Shown: positions 18,674 through 28,853, numbered from the stretch's first letter. The stretch is 64,000 bases of DNA from Candidatus Doudnabacteria bacterium RIFCSPHIGHO2_12_FULL_48_16 (GCA_001780035.1 MFEY01000004.1:81405-145404); one strand, 5' to 3'. Notes: generated by a model from the letters alone, not told the origin. Made by a program: numbers and translations.

Positions 18674-19127
18674 AAATGTCTAATATCAAATTTCTAATGA
18701 CTAACAAAATGTTAAATGCTTAATTCTTTAATTTTATTAGCTTTAGATTTCTTTATAATAGCAACAAATATTAAAGTTAATTCGTTTGTTTCTTTCATAA
18801 GCTCTGTCGCTCTATCTTTTAATTCGGGAGTCGTGGTTATGAGCATTCTTAACCAGTGCTTCGTTTCTTTGGATTCTTTTTTACAAATCCCTAATTTATG
18901 CTCGAAATCTTTTCTAGTCTCTGCACAATCTGCCTCACAATAATTCGCTCCCACGCTAGTGCCAGATTTCACCAGCTGCCCAATTATTGGCAAAGTAACA
19001 ACATCTTTTGGGATCATCCTCGCGAATTTTATAATTTCTTCTCCAAATCTCGCCGTTCTTTCTTCTAAATCATAAACTTTATCGTTAGAAATTTTATTAG
19101 AAATTAGGCATTAGTAATCAGTCATTC
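18674..19127. mobile_element. Four-helix-bundle gene flanked by inverted heptamer arrays (family A, WAATNWC)
   Basis: Left AAATGTC TAATATC AAATTTC TAATGAC, right GAAATTA GGCATTA GTAATCA GTCATTC. Confidence 0.65.
18712..19125 (-). CDS. Four helix bundle protein (23S rRNA IVP/TIGR02436-like) with an in-frame TAA at codon 5, possible pseudogene
   Basis: YDLEERTARFGEEIIKF...QLVKSGTSVGANYCEA...KESKETKHWL. ATG at 19125 follows GGAG, TAA at 19113-19111. Confidence 0.8.
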
Positions 19128-19865
19128 TCCCGGACTCAAGTCGAGATCGCCGATGCTTTTGATCTTGATAGGTGAAGCCGTATTCAGGTTGTAACTGTTA
19201 TACATTAATTCCACCAGCTCTTCGGTGCTTAAAACCAGGGATTTAAGACTCATACCTCCCATGGCGCCGGCAACCTGGCTGACCCGCTTCATGAGTTCTT
19301 CCCGGCTTTTGTCAAAATCAGTTTGTTTTACGGAAATCTCGCGAGCCGGGCTCAACAGATTCATGATTTTCGACATGAATCCGGTTTTCCCGCCGCCGGC
19401 GATCAAAGGTATGATGACGTAAAAAGTTTTATTCATAATGCTGGCAAACTCAATCAGCTTGCCGACGTATTCGATATATTCTTGAGTTTGCAAACGCAAC
19501 AGCTCATTGGTTTGCTGCTGCATCACCGATCTCAACTTGTCCAGATAGCTATGGATATCAAGCTTTCTTGACTGCATTAAGATCTGGATTGGAAATTCCA
19601 GCGAATTTAAAAAATTCTGGTAGGTCGCAATCAGGGCATTTTGTTCCTCGCCGCTCTTTAAAGAAAAATTGACTGACGAGACCACAAGCACCGCCCGCAG
19701 CGAACCATCCTTGAGGACCACAACGCCTTCCTTGATCTCTTTGATATCCAAATACGCCTGGGTCGATGCCGAAGGCTTGTTCCCCGTCATAGAACTGGAT
19801 TGCATCTCTTGCTGGTTCATATTAAGTGTTGTGAGCTGCGTGACCGACCAACTCTTCCTCTTCAT
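19122..19865 (-). CDS. TraC/VirB4 N-terminal-like protein of the CPR T4SS-like locus
   Basis: STQAYLDIKEIKEGVVVLKDGSLRAVL.VSSVNF.LKS..EQ. True start is probably MNQQ at about 19820. Confidence 0.8.
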   Translation of the reverse strand: MKRKSWSVTQLTTLNMNQQEMQSSSMTGNKPSASTQAYLDIKEIKEGVVVLKDGSLRAVLVVSSVNFSLKSGEEQNALIATYQNFLNSLEFPIQILMQSRKLDIHSYLDKLRSVMQQQTNELLRLQTQEYIEYVGKLIEFASIMNKTFYVIIPLIAGGGKTGFMSKIMNLLSPAREISVKQTDFDKSREELMKRVSQVAGAMGGMSLKSLVLSTEELVELMYNSYNLNTASPIKIKSIGDLDLSPGE

Positions 19866-20265
19866 GGACTTTTTGGTCGAGCAAATAGGCTAATTTTTTC
19901 AAGCGGCTCTCCGGAGCTTCGATAGTGGTTCGTAACTGCGGCTGTTCCTGTTGCTTGGCAACTTTTTTGATTGTGATGATCGGTTCGACCCGATGAAACA
20001 CCCGGACATGGGGTTTGGATAAAAAATTTATAAAAGCTCCGATAAAACCAACCATGGGCCGGCCGTTAAATTTAGCGAAAGCCAAGGCCAGGCCCAATAC
20101 GGCAAACGGGAAGGAAAAAAAGAAAAAGAATACTGAAATTTTTAAAACTGAATAAAATAAGAGGATGATCCCGCCGGTCAGCAATAAAATCAAGAATTGC
20201 TTGAGGGTCAACGGACCGATCAGTTTATCCTCGACATCGGTAAATTGAGGGATGGCATACTGCAT
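19822..20265 (-). CDS. PrgI family (VirB3-like) membrane protein
   Basis: MQY.IPQF.DVEDKLIGPLTLKQF, two TM helices and NGRP. Confidence 0.88.
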   Translation of the reverse strand: MQYAIPQFTDVEDKLIGPLTLKQFLILLLTGGIILLFYSVLKISVFFFFFSFPFAVLGLALAFAKFNGRPMVGFIGAFINFLSKPHVRVFHRVEPIITIKKVAKQQEQPQLRTTIEAPESRLKKLAYLLDQKVHEEEELVGHAAHNT

Positions 20266-20292
20266 GAAATATTGAATATGAATTATGAACTA

Positions 20293-20655
20293 TTAAAGAT
20301 TTTTAATAGTTCCCATTAACATTGCGCCAATTTTTTTCGAAAGCGAACTGGCGTTTTCGTACTCAGGTTTAGATATTAATCCTTCAGCAAACGAAAACTC
20401 GATAAGGTATTCGGATTCTTTTAGTGACCCGAACGATATTAGTAAAAAATTTTTGTGACTTTTGTCGCTCATGCGGGCATAACCCTCAATGTAATTTAAA
20501 ACCACAGAAAGACTCGCTCGTCGTAATTGAGAAATTATCCCATATATCTCATTTTTCGGAAATTTACGGGTTAAGGCGTAAATAAAATGGGCAAAATTGT
20601 CCATTTTTTGCCGTAATTGCTGATGGAAAATCATATTTATTTTAGTTTCAAGCAT
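20293..20655 (-). CDS. Four helix bundle protein, flanked by family-B heptamers
   Basis: FPKNEIYGIISQLRRASLSVVLNYIEG...GSLKES. Flanks GAATTAT GAACTAT and ATATTTC AAATTTC ATCCTTT ATACTTC. Confidence 0.88.
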   Translation of the reverse strand: MLETKINMIFHQQLRQKMDNFAHFIYALTRKFPKNEIYGIISQLRRASLSVVLNYIEGYARMSDKSHKNFLLISFGSLKESEYLIEFSFAEGLISKPEYENASSLSKKIGAMLMGTIKNL

Positions 20656-20740
20656 TTTGATTTATATTTCAAATTTCATCCTTTATACTTCAAACATTAT
20701 ACCATAAAGGGCAAGACTTATCAAAAAAGCCCGGACGGGC

Positions 20741-21181
20741 TTATTTTATGAAGTTTGAGAGCCAATTTACCCACCCCTCGCCTTCATCCTCCCAAATGCT
20801 CCAGAATTCCGCCGGCCGGACAATCCGCACCCCATGATACTTTTCCAATTTCAACAGATGCAAATCCGACGTGATCAAATAGTCTGCGCCGCTTGCTACG
20901 GCTGACTCTAAAATTTTATCGTCCTCAGGATCTTCCACAATCCGCAATTTCTCGCCCGTTGCCACGGGTTGGACGACTTCGAAAAAATATTCCAGCTTTT
21001 TAAGATAACCTTCGTCCGAAATTTTTCTCCGGGCCAAAAATTTATTTTCATTCAAGGTTGCCCGATTGGCGTAAGCCATAATCTGGTTGGCGATCACCAA
21101 ATCCAAGATTCTGTTTGCATACCGGTAATAATCTTCCGAAGCATCAATCAGCACATTGGTATCAATCACGACTTTGAGCAT
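20741..21181 (-). CDS. PIN-domain protein (putative TA toxin family)
   Basis: KVVIDTNVLI and DPEDDKILESAV...ADYLITSD.HLL. Confidence 0.9.
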   Translation of the reverse strand: MLKVVIDTNVLIDASEDYYRYANRILDLVIANQIMAYANRATLNENKFLARRKISDEGYLKKLEYFFEVVQPVATGEKLRIVEDPEDDKILESAVASGADYLITSDLHLLKLEKYHGVRIVRPAEFWSIWEDEGEGWVNWLSNFIK

Positions 21182-21188
21182 GAGTTAA

Positions 21189-21308
21189 AAATGACTAATT
21201 ACTAATTTCTAATGACAAATAAAATTTTAAATTAAAAATGTCTAATGGTTTAATCATTGAGACATTATATCATTTTATTAGAAATTTGTAATTGGAAATT
21301 TGACATTC
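21189..21308. repeat. Gene-less inverted heptamer-array element (family A)
   Basis: AAATGAC TAATTAC TAATTTC TAATGAC ... GAAATTT GTAATTG GAAATTT GACATTC. Confidence 0.8.
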
Positions 21309-21312
21309 CGAC

Positions 21313-22614
21313 TTATAGCCGTTCTATTTCCTTCCGCAAATCCGCCATGGCCTCAAACTCGGCTTGGGTCATTTCTCCGGCGGCACCAGAACCGACCACC
21401 TTTGAATTGCCGTGAGCCATGTATGATTTGAATAAAGGGCTTTGTTCAAAAGCCGTGACCGCATAGTAAGGCAAAACATTGTTGGCTCGGGCCAAATTAG
21501 AAATTAGAGATTTTAAATTGGAAATTTGCGACTGCAAACTTCCTTGGCGCAAAAAACTCAAGTCAAGTTTTTTTAGATCATCGATAGTTTGAATCACTGA
21601 CATACGCGGACTGGACGCGGAATGCGGTGGACGTGTCTCGTCTTTGCGAGCGGCCATTTGACTAAGCACTGCTGTCGATGGCCGCGAAGCAATCTCTGAT
21701 TTGTGCCCGGGCAATTCGACGGTCTTGACTTCCCGTTGTATTTCTTGCGGAGTCATGGATATGGCCGGTTGAGGCTTGGGAGTAAATTTAACCGTCCCGG
21801 CTTGCATTTTGGCCTTAAATTCCTCCAAGGGAGCGCCGTGCGGAATTGGTGGCTTGCTTATGATCGGAAAAGCAATCTTCGGGCTAGTGGGCACGGGAGG
21901 GGTTGGGCGCAGAATCGACGACTGGGGGGTTCTTTCCACCACCGGGATATTCTTGGGATATTTAAGGTGATTATACACAGTTAGAATATTGGTGAGGAGT
22001 TGCCGGTCAGCCATGCTTAAGGTTTTCACATTGGGACTTGAATAAAAATACTGAGTCATCTCATAAGTCCCGGTTCTCAGTTTGGCCGGATCGGAATAGC
22101 TAATATAATCTTTCAGCCAATTGGCTATCGAGCCGATGACCTTGTCGCCCGATTTAAGGATCAAGGCTTGCGGGCCCAAAATTTCCTGATTACGGATTAA
22201 AGCGTCAATGAACATCTGACGTTCTCCGGCATCAGGGCCAATGCCCAATTCAAACATTCGCAGATACCGCTCCAAGCAATAGACGATGTCAATTTGCTTT
22301 TTGATTGACGGAATCACATTGCGCACCAAAATCCGCTCCTTGATTTTTTTGGTCTGATTTTGCAAAGACTGCCATTCCAGGGTTGATAAAACCACAAGCA
22401 GCCGGGCCGAAATATTTTGGTTCCGGATTGCTTTGCTGTTCTCTAAGAGTTTGGCCAACAAATCATAAAATTCCCTGGCCAAACCTGGCTCATAATTATA
22501 CATCGGATCCGCGGCAATTTTTTCGATCTGAATTATAACTTGCTGATTATTCAACTCATCCGGGGTCAGATGGTCGAGATCCTCTACTTGTATATTTTCT
22601 ATTTGAATGGTCAT
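21313..22614 (-). CDS. Hypothetical protein of the T4SS-like locus with Pro-rich linker
   Basis: 433-aa ORF coupled to the upstream gene, containing heptamer-derived QSQISNLKSLISNL. Confidence 0.8.
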   Translation of the reverse strand: MTIQIENIQVEDLDHLTPDELNNQQVIIQIEKIAADPMYNYEPGLAREFYDLLAKLLENSKAIRNQNISARLLVVLSTLEWQSLQNQTKKIKERILVRNVIPSIKKQIDIVYCLERYLRMFELGIGPDAGERQMFIDALIRNQEILGPQALILKSGDKVIGSIANWLKDYISYSDPAKLRTGTYEMTQYFYSSPNVKTLSMADRQLLTNILTVYNHLKYPKNIPVVERTPQSSILRPTPPVPTSPKIAFPIISKPPIPHGAPLEEFKAKMQAGTVKFTPKPQPAISMTPQEIQREVKTVELPGHKSEIASRPSTAVLSQMAARKDETRPPHSASSPRMSVIQTIDDLKKLDLSFLRQGSLQSQISNLKSLISNLARANNVLPYYAVTAFEQSPLFKSYMAHGNSKVVGSGAAGEMTQAEFEAMADLRKEIERL

Positions 22615-25600
22615 GGTCTGATTGGGTTACCTTCCCTGTCGATAGGGTTACCTCGGGCGTCAGTAAGAAAAGGTGCGGCTGGCGGCGCGGGCGGCTGAGG
22701 AACTTGAGCGCGCTGTTGTTGGCCGCCTCCTCCACCATCTACATTCTGTGCGCCTTTGGCTTGAGCGGCTTTCTTCATTACAAAAGAATAATTAAAATCA
22801 ACCGCTCTGTCACCATCCACGAAAACTTCTCTTTTGGCCGGGTCAGACTCGTAATTCAGATAAAGTTTCATGGTGGATAGCCCGCCTCTTTGGTTCTGGG
22901 GCAATCCCAATTTTTCCGCATACAACACTTGGGCCTGATCTCTCTGGTGAGTCCACAAATTCTGAACTTTTCTCAATTCATCGGAATTGTTAATGATCAG
23001 CCGGCCGTCATGCGTAACTTTCGTGGCCAGTTGGGTATCCTTAACCCGTGGTTGAATGTTCTGCACGCGATCCAGAGTTACCGGATCATTCATCAAATTA
23101 TTCTGCTGATCATAAAAGGCCTTCGAGGCGTCTGTGATATCGGTGGCACCCCAGTAAGTATTTCTGATTTCTTTACCATCGGTTCGAACATCAAACATCA
23201 GCTTGCCGTTAGCATCCCGCTTCTGCTCAGGCTCGGTAAACATCAGCTCGCCGGTATTCGCATTCCGCTTCTGCTGCCCGGTCGCCTCATCCATTATTGG
23301 TTTGACCGTCGTTGGATCCATGATCGGAGTTTTGCTCGTAATGATTTTTCCATCTGCATCCAACTCACCCATAATCGGCGCCAGACCGTGGGGAGCCATA
23401 GTGACCAAATCATTGACCTTTTTCTTGCTAAACTCACCTTTGGCATAATCGGCCTGATGAGTATTATCAAGTGTCTTGATCTTATGGCCAAAGCCGTTGT
23501 CTCTTTCCGGCCCGACTTCCTTCATGCCCTCTTCCCACATGCTGGTATCTGGATTGAAGAAAGTGTGTCCCAAGTATTCCGGATGATTGGTATTTTTGCC
23601 CATATCCTCCATATCTTCTCCGATAAACCGCATGGCCTGCTCGCCTTTTCCCAAATAAGTCATTAATAACCGGTGAACGGTGTCCGGGCTATTAATGGCC
23701 ACTGACTGGGTGCCGTCGGGGTGCGTGATTTTCTCTCCATATTTTTCAGTAAAATGCTTCATTCTCATTAAATCATCAGTAAAGCCGTTGGCCGCGACTG
23801 CCTTCATTATTGCCAACCGGGTCGTTTCCCCTTCATGGCCGCCGATACCTTCGGCTTCGACCGCCAGCTGCATCAACTGCTCTTTCTTCATATCGGTCAA
23901 AAACTTCAGCTTTTCATTTTCCGCTCGTCGTTCGACCAATTGCGCATGCGGTAGGGTCGTGCCGGTCCATAAGCGTTCGGCGATTTGTTGGCCATAAGCG
24001 GTGGCGAGCTCTGTTTGATGGTGAGCCAGTTCTTCGCCTCTTTTCGAAAAACCCTTATACGTGCCGACTGGATTAAGCGCGGCATAAGCAAATCGGGCCA
24101 GTTTGCTCGGCTTCTTGCCGCCTTCCGTATGCAGCAATTTGCCCGTGGCTTCGTTATATTTTCGGCCGGCAAAACGGCCCATCCCGTGGCCAATCCCCTT
24201 TAGGGCTGCTGTAGCCGTTCCTTGCACCCCATGCACAATCATCTCCCCGCCCACCATGCCGGCTTCCTTGGCCACCAACAATGACGCGGCCAGAAATGCG
24301 CATAAAATCCAAAATTTAAACGAGGTGTTCTCCGCTCCGGTAATCGCAAATCGCGGGTCGTTGGCGACCAGGATGGTCAACCGGATCATAAACATGGCCA
24401 CCGGCGCCCAGATTAAATATTTAACAAAATGGCTCCACCACTCTTCCGAATATTTTTCCGTAGCCGGCAAAATCCGGGCCACATAAGCCACCGGCGAAAA
24501 AATGATCAGGACATAGAGCCCGACCAGCCGGATAATAAACATCGCGGCCAAAGCCAGATAAACCACCAGCCCCACGATCGCGTAAGCGATCTTGCCAAGA
24601 CCCAGGGCCAAACCCTCCTGCCAGCTGACATTGCCGCTGAATAACTCCTTAAAATCCAGCACGCTGAAAATCGCGCCCATGACCCCGTCGAGCCCATTGC
24701 CGCGGAAAATCAAAGCCAACAAATTGACCGCCTTCATGATCTCGACCGCGATAACCTGGCTAAAGTTAACCAAAATTGCCATGATGACCAGGTGGCCGAG
24801 CAAGTGGCGATAATCATAACTTTCGATATGCAAAATCGCAGCCAGAGCAATCACAATCAAAATGATAATAAAGAACATGTTGCAGATATCGCGAACGATT
24901 GCCCAACCGATATTGACCGCGGCAGGCATGGTCGAGATATCCAGGGCCGCTCCGGATGCATACGAGAACACTTCCGCCGCCAAGGCCGTCAAAATCGAAA
25001 GAGCGGAGGCCACGACGGACAAAACCATATTTAAGATCCAGCCAATGAAATCCCCACCGGCTGAAGCGCCCACGATCTTACCAACGTTCGCTTTCTGTTT
25101 GGTTGCCCATTGATCTTGAGTAAATGTAGTCCCTAAGACCAATTTAGTTTGAAAATTAAGAGCCAAGGTGCTTCGGGCGAGCTTGCCGTCTTTATTCCAA
25201 AATCCATTGGTGTCTACTTGGACAGTGCCGTCGACCACCTCACAAATTGTCGTGGGACGTTGGGCGTTAATCGGTCCGGTTAACCCTTGTCCCAACGCGG
25301 CTTTGAGATCCCCACCGGTTACTATGCTGACCAATCTGGACAATATATCGCAATTGGCCTTGCTGGCCGGGTTATTGGCAGCGTCAAAATCAGTTTTTGT
25401 AACTTTTACTGCCGGCGTCTTGGCGGACGGCGTCCAGGTTCCGCCCGCTGCAATGCAACCCTTTTGCCAACGATCAGGACCCGTACCGACCGGAGCCACA
25501 GGGGATGTTGCACCAGTGCAGGTCCCGTCGTCCGAAACCTGGGCAAACGCCAAATTCGCCAATGCAAAATTAGCGAGCAGGACAAGTGCTAGCAGTTGGA

Positions 25601-25631
25601 TTATTCGGTTATGTTTCGGGTTCGAGGACAT
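22611..25631 (-). CDS. VirB6/TrbL-like polytopic membrane protein with long C-terminal tail
   Basis: GW.IVRDI.N.FFI, AILVNFS, R.V.L..L.IFSP.A....ILP.T.....WW..F.KY...AP. Confidence 0.82.
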   Translation of the reverse strand: MSSNPKHNRIIQLLALVLLANFALANLAFAQVSDDGTCTGATSPVAPVGTGPDRWQKGCIAAGGTWTPSAKTPAVKVTKTDFDAANNPASKANCDILSRLVSIVTGGDLKAALGQGLTGPINAQRPTTICEVVDGTVQVDTNGFWNKDGKLARSTLALNFQTKLVLGTTFTQDQWATKQKANVGKIVGASAGGDFIGWILNMVLSVVASALSILTALAAEVFSYASGAALDISTMPAAVNIGWAIVRDICNMFFIIILIVIALAAILHIESYDYRHLLGHLVIMAILVNFSQVIAVEIMKAVNLLALIFRGNGLDGVMGAIFSVLDFKELFSGNVSWQEGLALGLGKIAYAIVGLVVYLALAAMFIIRLVGLYVLIIFSPVAYVARILPATEKYSEEWWSHFVKYLIWAPVAMFMIRLTILVANDPRFAITGAENTSFKFWILCAFLAASLLVAKEAGMVGGEMIVHGVQGTATAALKGIGHGMGRFAGRKYNEATGKLLHTEGGKKPSKLARFAYAALNPVGTYKGFSKRGEELAHHQTELATAYGQQIAERLWTGTTLPHAQLVERRAENEKLKFLTDMKKEQLMQLAVEAEGIGGHEGETTRLAIMKAVAANGFTDDLMRMKHFTEKYGEKITHPDGTQSVAINSPDTVHRLLMTYLGKGEQAMRFIGEDMEDMGKNTNHPEYLGHTFFNPDTSMWEEGMKEVGPERDNGFGHKIKTLDNTHQADYAKGEFSKKKVNDLVTMAPHGLAPIMGELDADGKIITSKTPIMDPTTVKPIMDEATGQQKRNANTGELMFTEPEQKRDANGKLMFDVRTDGKEIRNTYWGATDITDASKAFYDQQNNLMNDPVTLDRVQNIQPRVKDTQLATKVTHDGRLIINNSDELRKVQNLWTHQRDQAQVLYAEKLGLPQNQRGGLSTMKLYLNYESDPAKREVFVDGDRAVDFNYSFVMKKAAQAKGAQNVDGGGGGQQQRAQVPQPPAPPAAPFLTDARGNPIDREGNPIRP

Positions 25632-25640
25632 GGGGGTTTA

Positions 25641-25708
25641 AAATTTCAAATGTCAAATTACAAATGTCAAACAAAATACTTAGTTTTGAAATTTGTTATT
25701 TGTCATTT
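25641..25708. repeat. Gene-less inverted heptamer-array element (family A)
   Basis: AAATTTC AAATGTC AAATTAC AAATGTC ... GAAATTT GTTATTT GTCATTT. Confidence 0.8.
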
Positions 25709-27820
25709 CTAACATGGCGTATTAGTGAGGTAACACGCGTCGGCCGGATCACCCGGGTCAATCGGGGCGGAATAATGGACTCCCGGATCACCGGATGGCG
25801 GCATCGGCAGCCAGGCCGGGATATTGGTTTCGCTGACGCTGCCCAAGATATCAACTCCAGAATTATCGGGATAGGAGAACACGTCGGCAGAGAAGCCGTT
25901 GCATTGACTGGTATGGTAAGTGACCGTCAGCCCGGCGCCTTCTCCCCGCAGGGCCCAGGCGACGCGTTTGACGATTTCAAATCCCCCGCAATAGCTGTTC
26001 AGGGCAATGCCTTTGGATTCGACGTATCGTTTGACATTGGCGACCAGCTCCGTGCGATCGGCGGACTTGCAGGCAATGTTGTCCGGCTCATCGACGCAAG
26101 TCGGACCGTCTTCGTCGCCTTCATCGCCCGGATCAATAATGTCCGGCGGAACCACCTCCCCGGCCGCCTGGACATTGGGGTTGTCGCACCGGCCAATGGC
26201 TGCTTTGGTGTCCTTCAAATATTGAAGCATATCCTGGTTGCTCTGAATCAGAGCACCCAAGCCGCCGCCGCCGTTGCCGCGCAGGCGGGAGAGATCCATG
26301 TCCTGATCCTTCTGGATCGATTGGCTCATTTTCGACAGGAAATGCTGATAGCGGCTGATCGCAATTTCCATATTGTCGAAATAATTGCTCCGGTAATTTT
26401 GAATATTGTTAAGCAGGTTATCGATCGCCGAATCCGCCAGACCGGCGCGGCGGGCCCAGATATCAGCATCAGACTTGTTTACAAAATTGTCGCCGTCCGG
26501 CTTGATATGATCTTTGTGCGTCAAAATAAAGTCGTTAAATTCGGCCAGCGCGGCTACGGCCTGATCCAGGGATTGGCAGATCGGCGTAAAATAAGGCGAG
26601 GTTTTGACTTCGCTGGATTTTTTGCAATTCGGCGCCGTGCCGCCGTGGTAACAAACGTCGGAGATAGTATTGAGCTGATTGTCGCCGTCGACGTCCTGGC
26701 CCTCCGGAATATTGTCACCATCCAGATCAAGATCCCGAATCAGCGGCGCCACGCCGTTATCGGCTTGATAGCCGCTGCCGGATTCGTTAAAGGTCCCGCC
26801 GGATTTGGTGAGGTTTAATTTATTAAAAATGAAACTGCCCAGCAGCGACCCGATGGTGCTGTAGAGATTGTCATGGAGGCCAAAGTTATCCTGGAAGACG
26901 GTCTGAATCGCATTCGTGGCAAAATTATGGATGAACGCGGATGGATTCTGAATGGCGGACTGAGCAATCCCGGTGGAATCAACTTTCCACTCCCCGCCGG
27001 CGAGGATGCAATCTGACAGATTGGTAATCGGCTGCTTGGGATAATAAAAAGTCTCAGCTTCAGGATCGGACGGATCCGACGAATAGATTTCCGGATAGGA
27101 GAACTGGACGTTGGTGCAAATGCGCGGCACAATCCCGGTCGGGGTCGAGCGGTCGTTTTTCAACCCCTGGCTGTTGGCAGTTTCCGACCCGGCCGCTTTC
27201 TCCGAATCGGCGACCATGCGGCCAAACTCCCCATACAACTCTTGCTGGGTAAAATCCGGCGGACTGGAAAAATATGCCCGCGCCGCGGCAAAATAATACT
27301 TATCTTCCACGAACGCCCCATTTGGATTTAAAATCCGGTTGGAGTTGATGCCGCCCCGCTCGTAATAAAATTTATCGATTTTTTGCCGCAGCGCAGCCAT
27401 CAACGGCTTGCTGTTGCCCGAAGAGTCCGTAACCGTGGCGCGGTTATTGATGTCGCGGGCCAGCAATCCATAAATGGCGCGCAGATCGGGATCCGAAACA
27501 TTGTCGTATATATATTTATTCAAATAATATCCGGACAAGACTTTGTCGTAAGCCAGATAATCCTTAATCCGATATTTATCAATCAGTTTGTCGACAAATC
27601 TAGTCAGATATTTGTTAGCATAGCTGATGGCGATTCGCTGCGCGGCCGCCAAGCCGATGTCTTTGAAAACATCATACCAGTTGGCCACCTCGGTATTGAA
27701 TGTAAAGTCGCCGACGCCGAATAGCGCTTCAGCTGGCTTGGGTTTGATCACGAAAAACTGCCCGCCAACCAGTGAAATTAGGACCAAGCCTATGGCAATT
27801 TTTCGAAAAATCATTTTCAT
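25709..27820 (-). CDS. Secreted protein of the T4SS-like locus with DxDxD Ca-binding motifs and a Cys-containing C-terminal domain
   Basis: Signal peptide ending P.PAEA, DLDLDGDN and DVDGDN. Confidence 0.8.
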   Translation of the reverse strand: MKMIFRKIAIGLVLISLVGGQFFVIKPKPAEALFGVGDFTFNTEVANWYDVFKDIGLAAAQRIAISYANKYLTRFVDKLIDKYRIKDYLAYDKVLSGYYLNKYIYDNVSDPDLRAIYGLLARDINNRATVTDSSGNSKPLMAALRQKIDKFYYERGGINSNRILNPNGAFVEDKYYFAAARAYFSSPPDFTQQELYGEFGRMVADSEKAAGSETANSQGLKNDRSTPTGIVPRICTNVQFSYPEIYSSDPSDPEAETFYYPKQPITNLSDCILAGGEWKVDSTGIAQSAIQNPSAFIHNFATNAIQTVFQDNFGLHDNLYSTIGSLLGSFIFNKLNLTKSGGTFNESGSGYQADNGVAPLIRDLDLDGDNIPEGQDVDGDNQLNTISDVCYHGGTAPNCKKSSEVKTSPYFTPICQSLDQAVAALAEFNDFILTHKDHIKPDGDNFVNKSDADIWARRAGLADSAIDNLLNNIQNYRSNYFDNMEIAISRYQHFLSKMSQSIQKDQDMDLSRLRGNGGGGLGALIQSNQDMLQYLKDTKAAIGRCDNPNVQAAGEVVPPDIIDPGDEGDEDGPTCVDEPDNIACKSADRTELVANVKRYVESKGIALNSYCGGFEIVKRVAWALRGEGAGLTVTYHTSQCNGFSADVFSYPDNSGVDILGSVSETNIPAWLPMPPSGDPGVHYSAPIDPGDPADACYLTNTPC

Positions 27821-27923
27821 CCCGTTAGAAATAATGATTAGTTAAATAATTAATGTTTTTGATAATCAACCCGTTGGAGTATAATTTGTCTGATGTTTTG
27901 CTATGTAAAATTTCTAACGGGAT

Positions 27924-28853
27924 TCATTGCGGGAATTCCTTGGCCAAAAATTGTTTTTCGAAATCCAGGCGTTGTTGGACCGCCAAAAATTGCTGGACTT
28001 TGTCATACCAAGCATCGCTGCCAGCGGCGGATAAATCAGTCGGTGCCGGTAAAATTTCCGACAACAGGCCAAACATGGCGATGTTATATTTATGGAACAT
28101 CAAAAATCTTTTCGGGACCGGAATGGTTTTTAATTCCATCGCGAGCAAACCGGCTTTGATCTTGATATCGGTGACCTCGGCATCGGATCCGGATTTCAAA
28201 ATCTGCGTGATGCCGGCGAGATTCTGCTGCGGAAAATATTGGCTGACGGCGGATTGCATCCGCGAGCTGTATTCGTTGTAAGCGCTGGCGGTTTCCAAGT
28301 AAACTATTTGCAGCTTGTCATCTTCCACCAGGGGCAGTGTGACCTTGGCAATATCGTTCGAATCAGCCACCATCTTCTGGATGTCTTCGGCAAAGACCAA
28401 GCTCTCCCCGAGGATGTTGTCCGGGTCGGCCTGTTGCTCAAACGTCACGCGGCCATGCTTACTCGGATCAAATCCCGCCGTGACCAGTTGCCCGTCATTG
28501 AGCGTGTCTTTGGCCGTGTAAGGATTGAGCGGCTCGGTGTGATAAAAATATTCCTGTGCATTGGTCAGCTTGTCCTGATCCGGATCGGCGTCCATCTGAC
28601 AAGTCGACTGATCGCATACGGAGCTGCCAAAGTATTCCTGCAGCCACCAGCCGGGCAGGCCAAGATCAACCGGTTTGGTATCGGCCAGGGTATTGCCGGT
28701 TTGATTATGCGGCCGGAAAAATGCTGAAATTCCGGCGACGGAGAGAGCCAAAATTAAAACAGCCAAAACAGCTTTCCGTTTGTATTTTTGGAAGCGGCCG
28801 GTGGCTGCCAGAAACGTGCCGTAATTGTGATTTTTCTTTTTGTTTCGGTGCAT
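27924..28853 (-). CDS. Membrane-anchored protein with a DxDxD (TSP3-like) motif
   Basis: TM helix, LPGWWLQEYFG and DADPDQDKLTNAQEY...T.P. Confidence 0.8.
   Translation of the reverse strand: MHRNKKKNHNYGTFLAATGRFQKYKRKAVLAVLILALSVAGISAFFRPHNQTGNTLADTKPVDLGLPGWWLQEYFGSSVCDQSTCQMDADPDQDKLTNAQEYFYHTEPLNPYTAKDTLNDGQLVTAGFDPSKHGRVTFEQQADPDNILGESLVFAEDIQKMVADSNDIAKVTLPLVEDDKLQIVYLETASAYNEYSSRMQSAVSQYFPQQNLAGITQILKSGSDAEVTDIKIKAGLLAMELKTIPVPKRFLMFHKYNIAMFGLLSEILPAPTDLSAAGSDAWYDKVQQFLAVQQRLDFEKQFLAKEFPQ

Noticed and set aside
25586-26818. 410-aa plus-strand ORF and other long antisense ORFs (22890-23666, 41653-42438, 47684-48427, 58234-58872)
   Set aside because: Shadow frames of well-supported opposite-strand genes, with no recognisable motifs.
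14412-28853. Integrative conjugative element
   Set aside because: No relaxase, coupling protein, integrase or att repeats, and the composition resembles the housekeeping genes.
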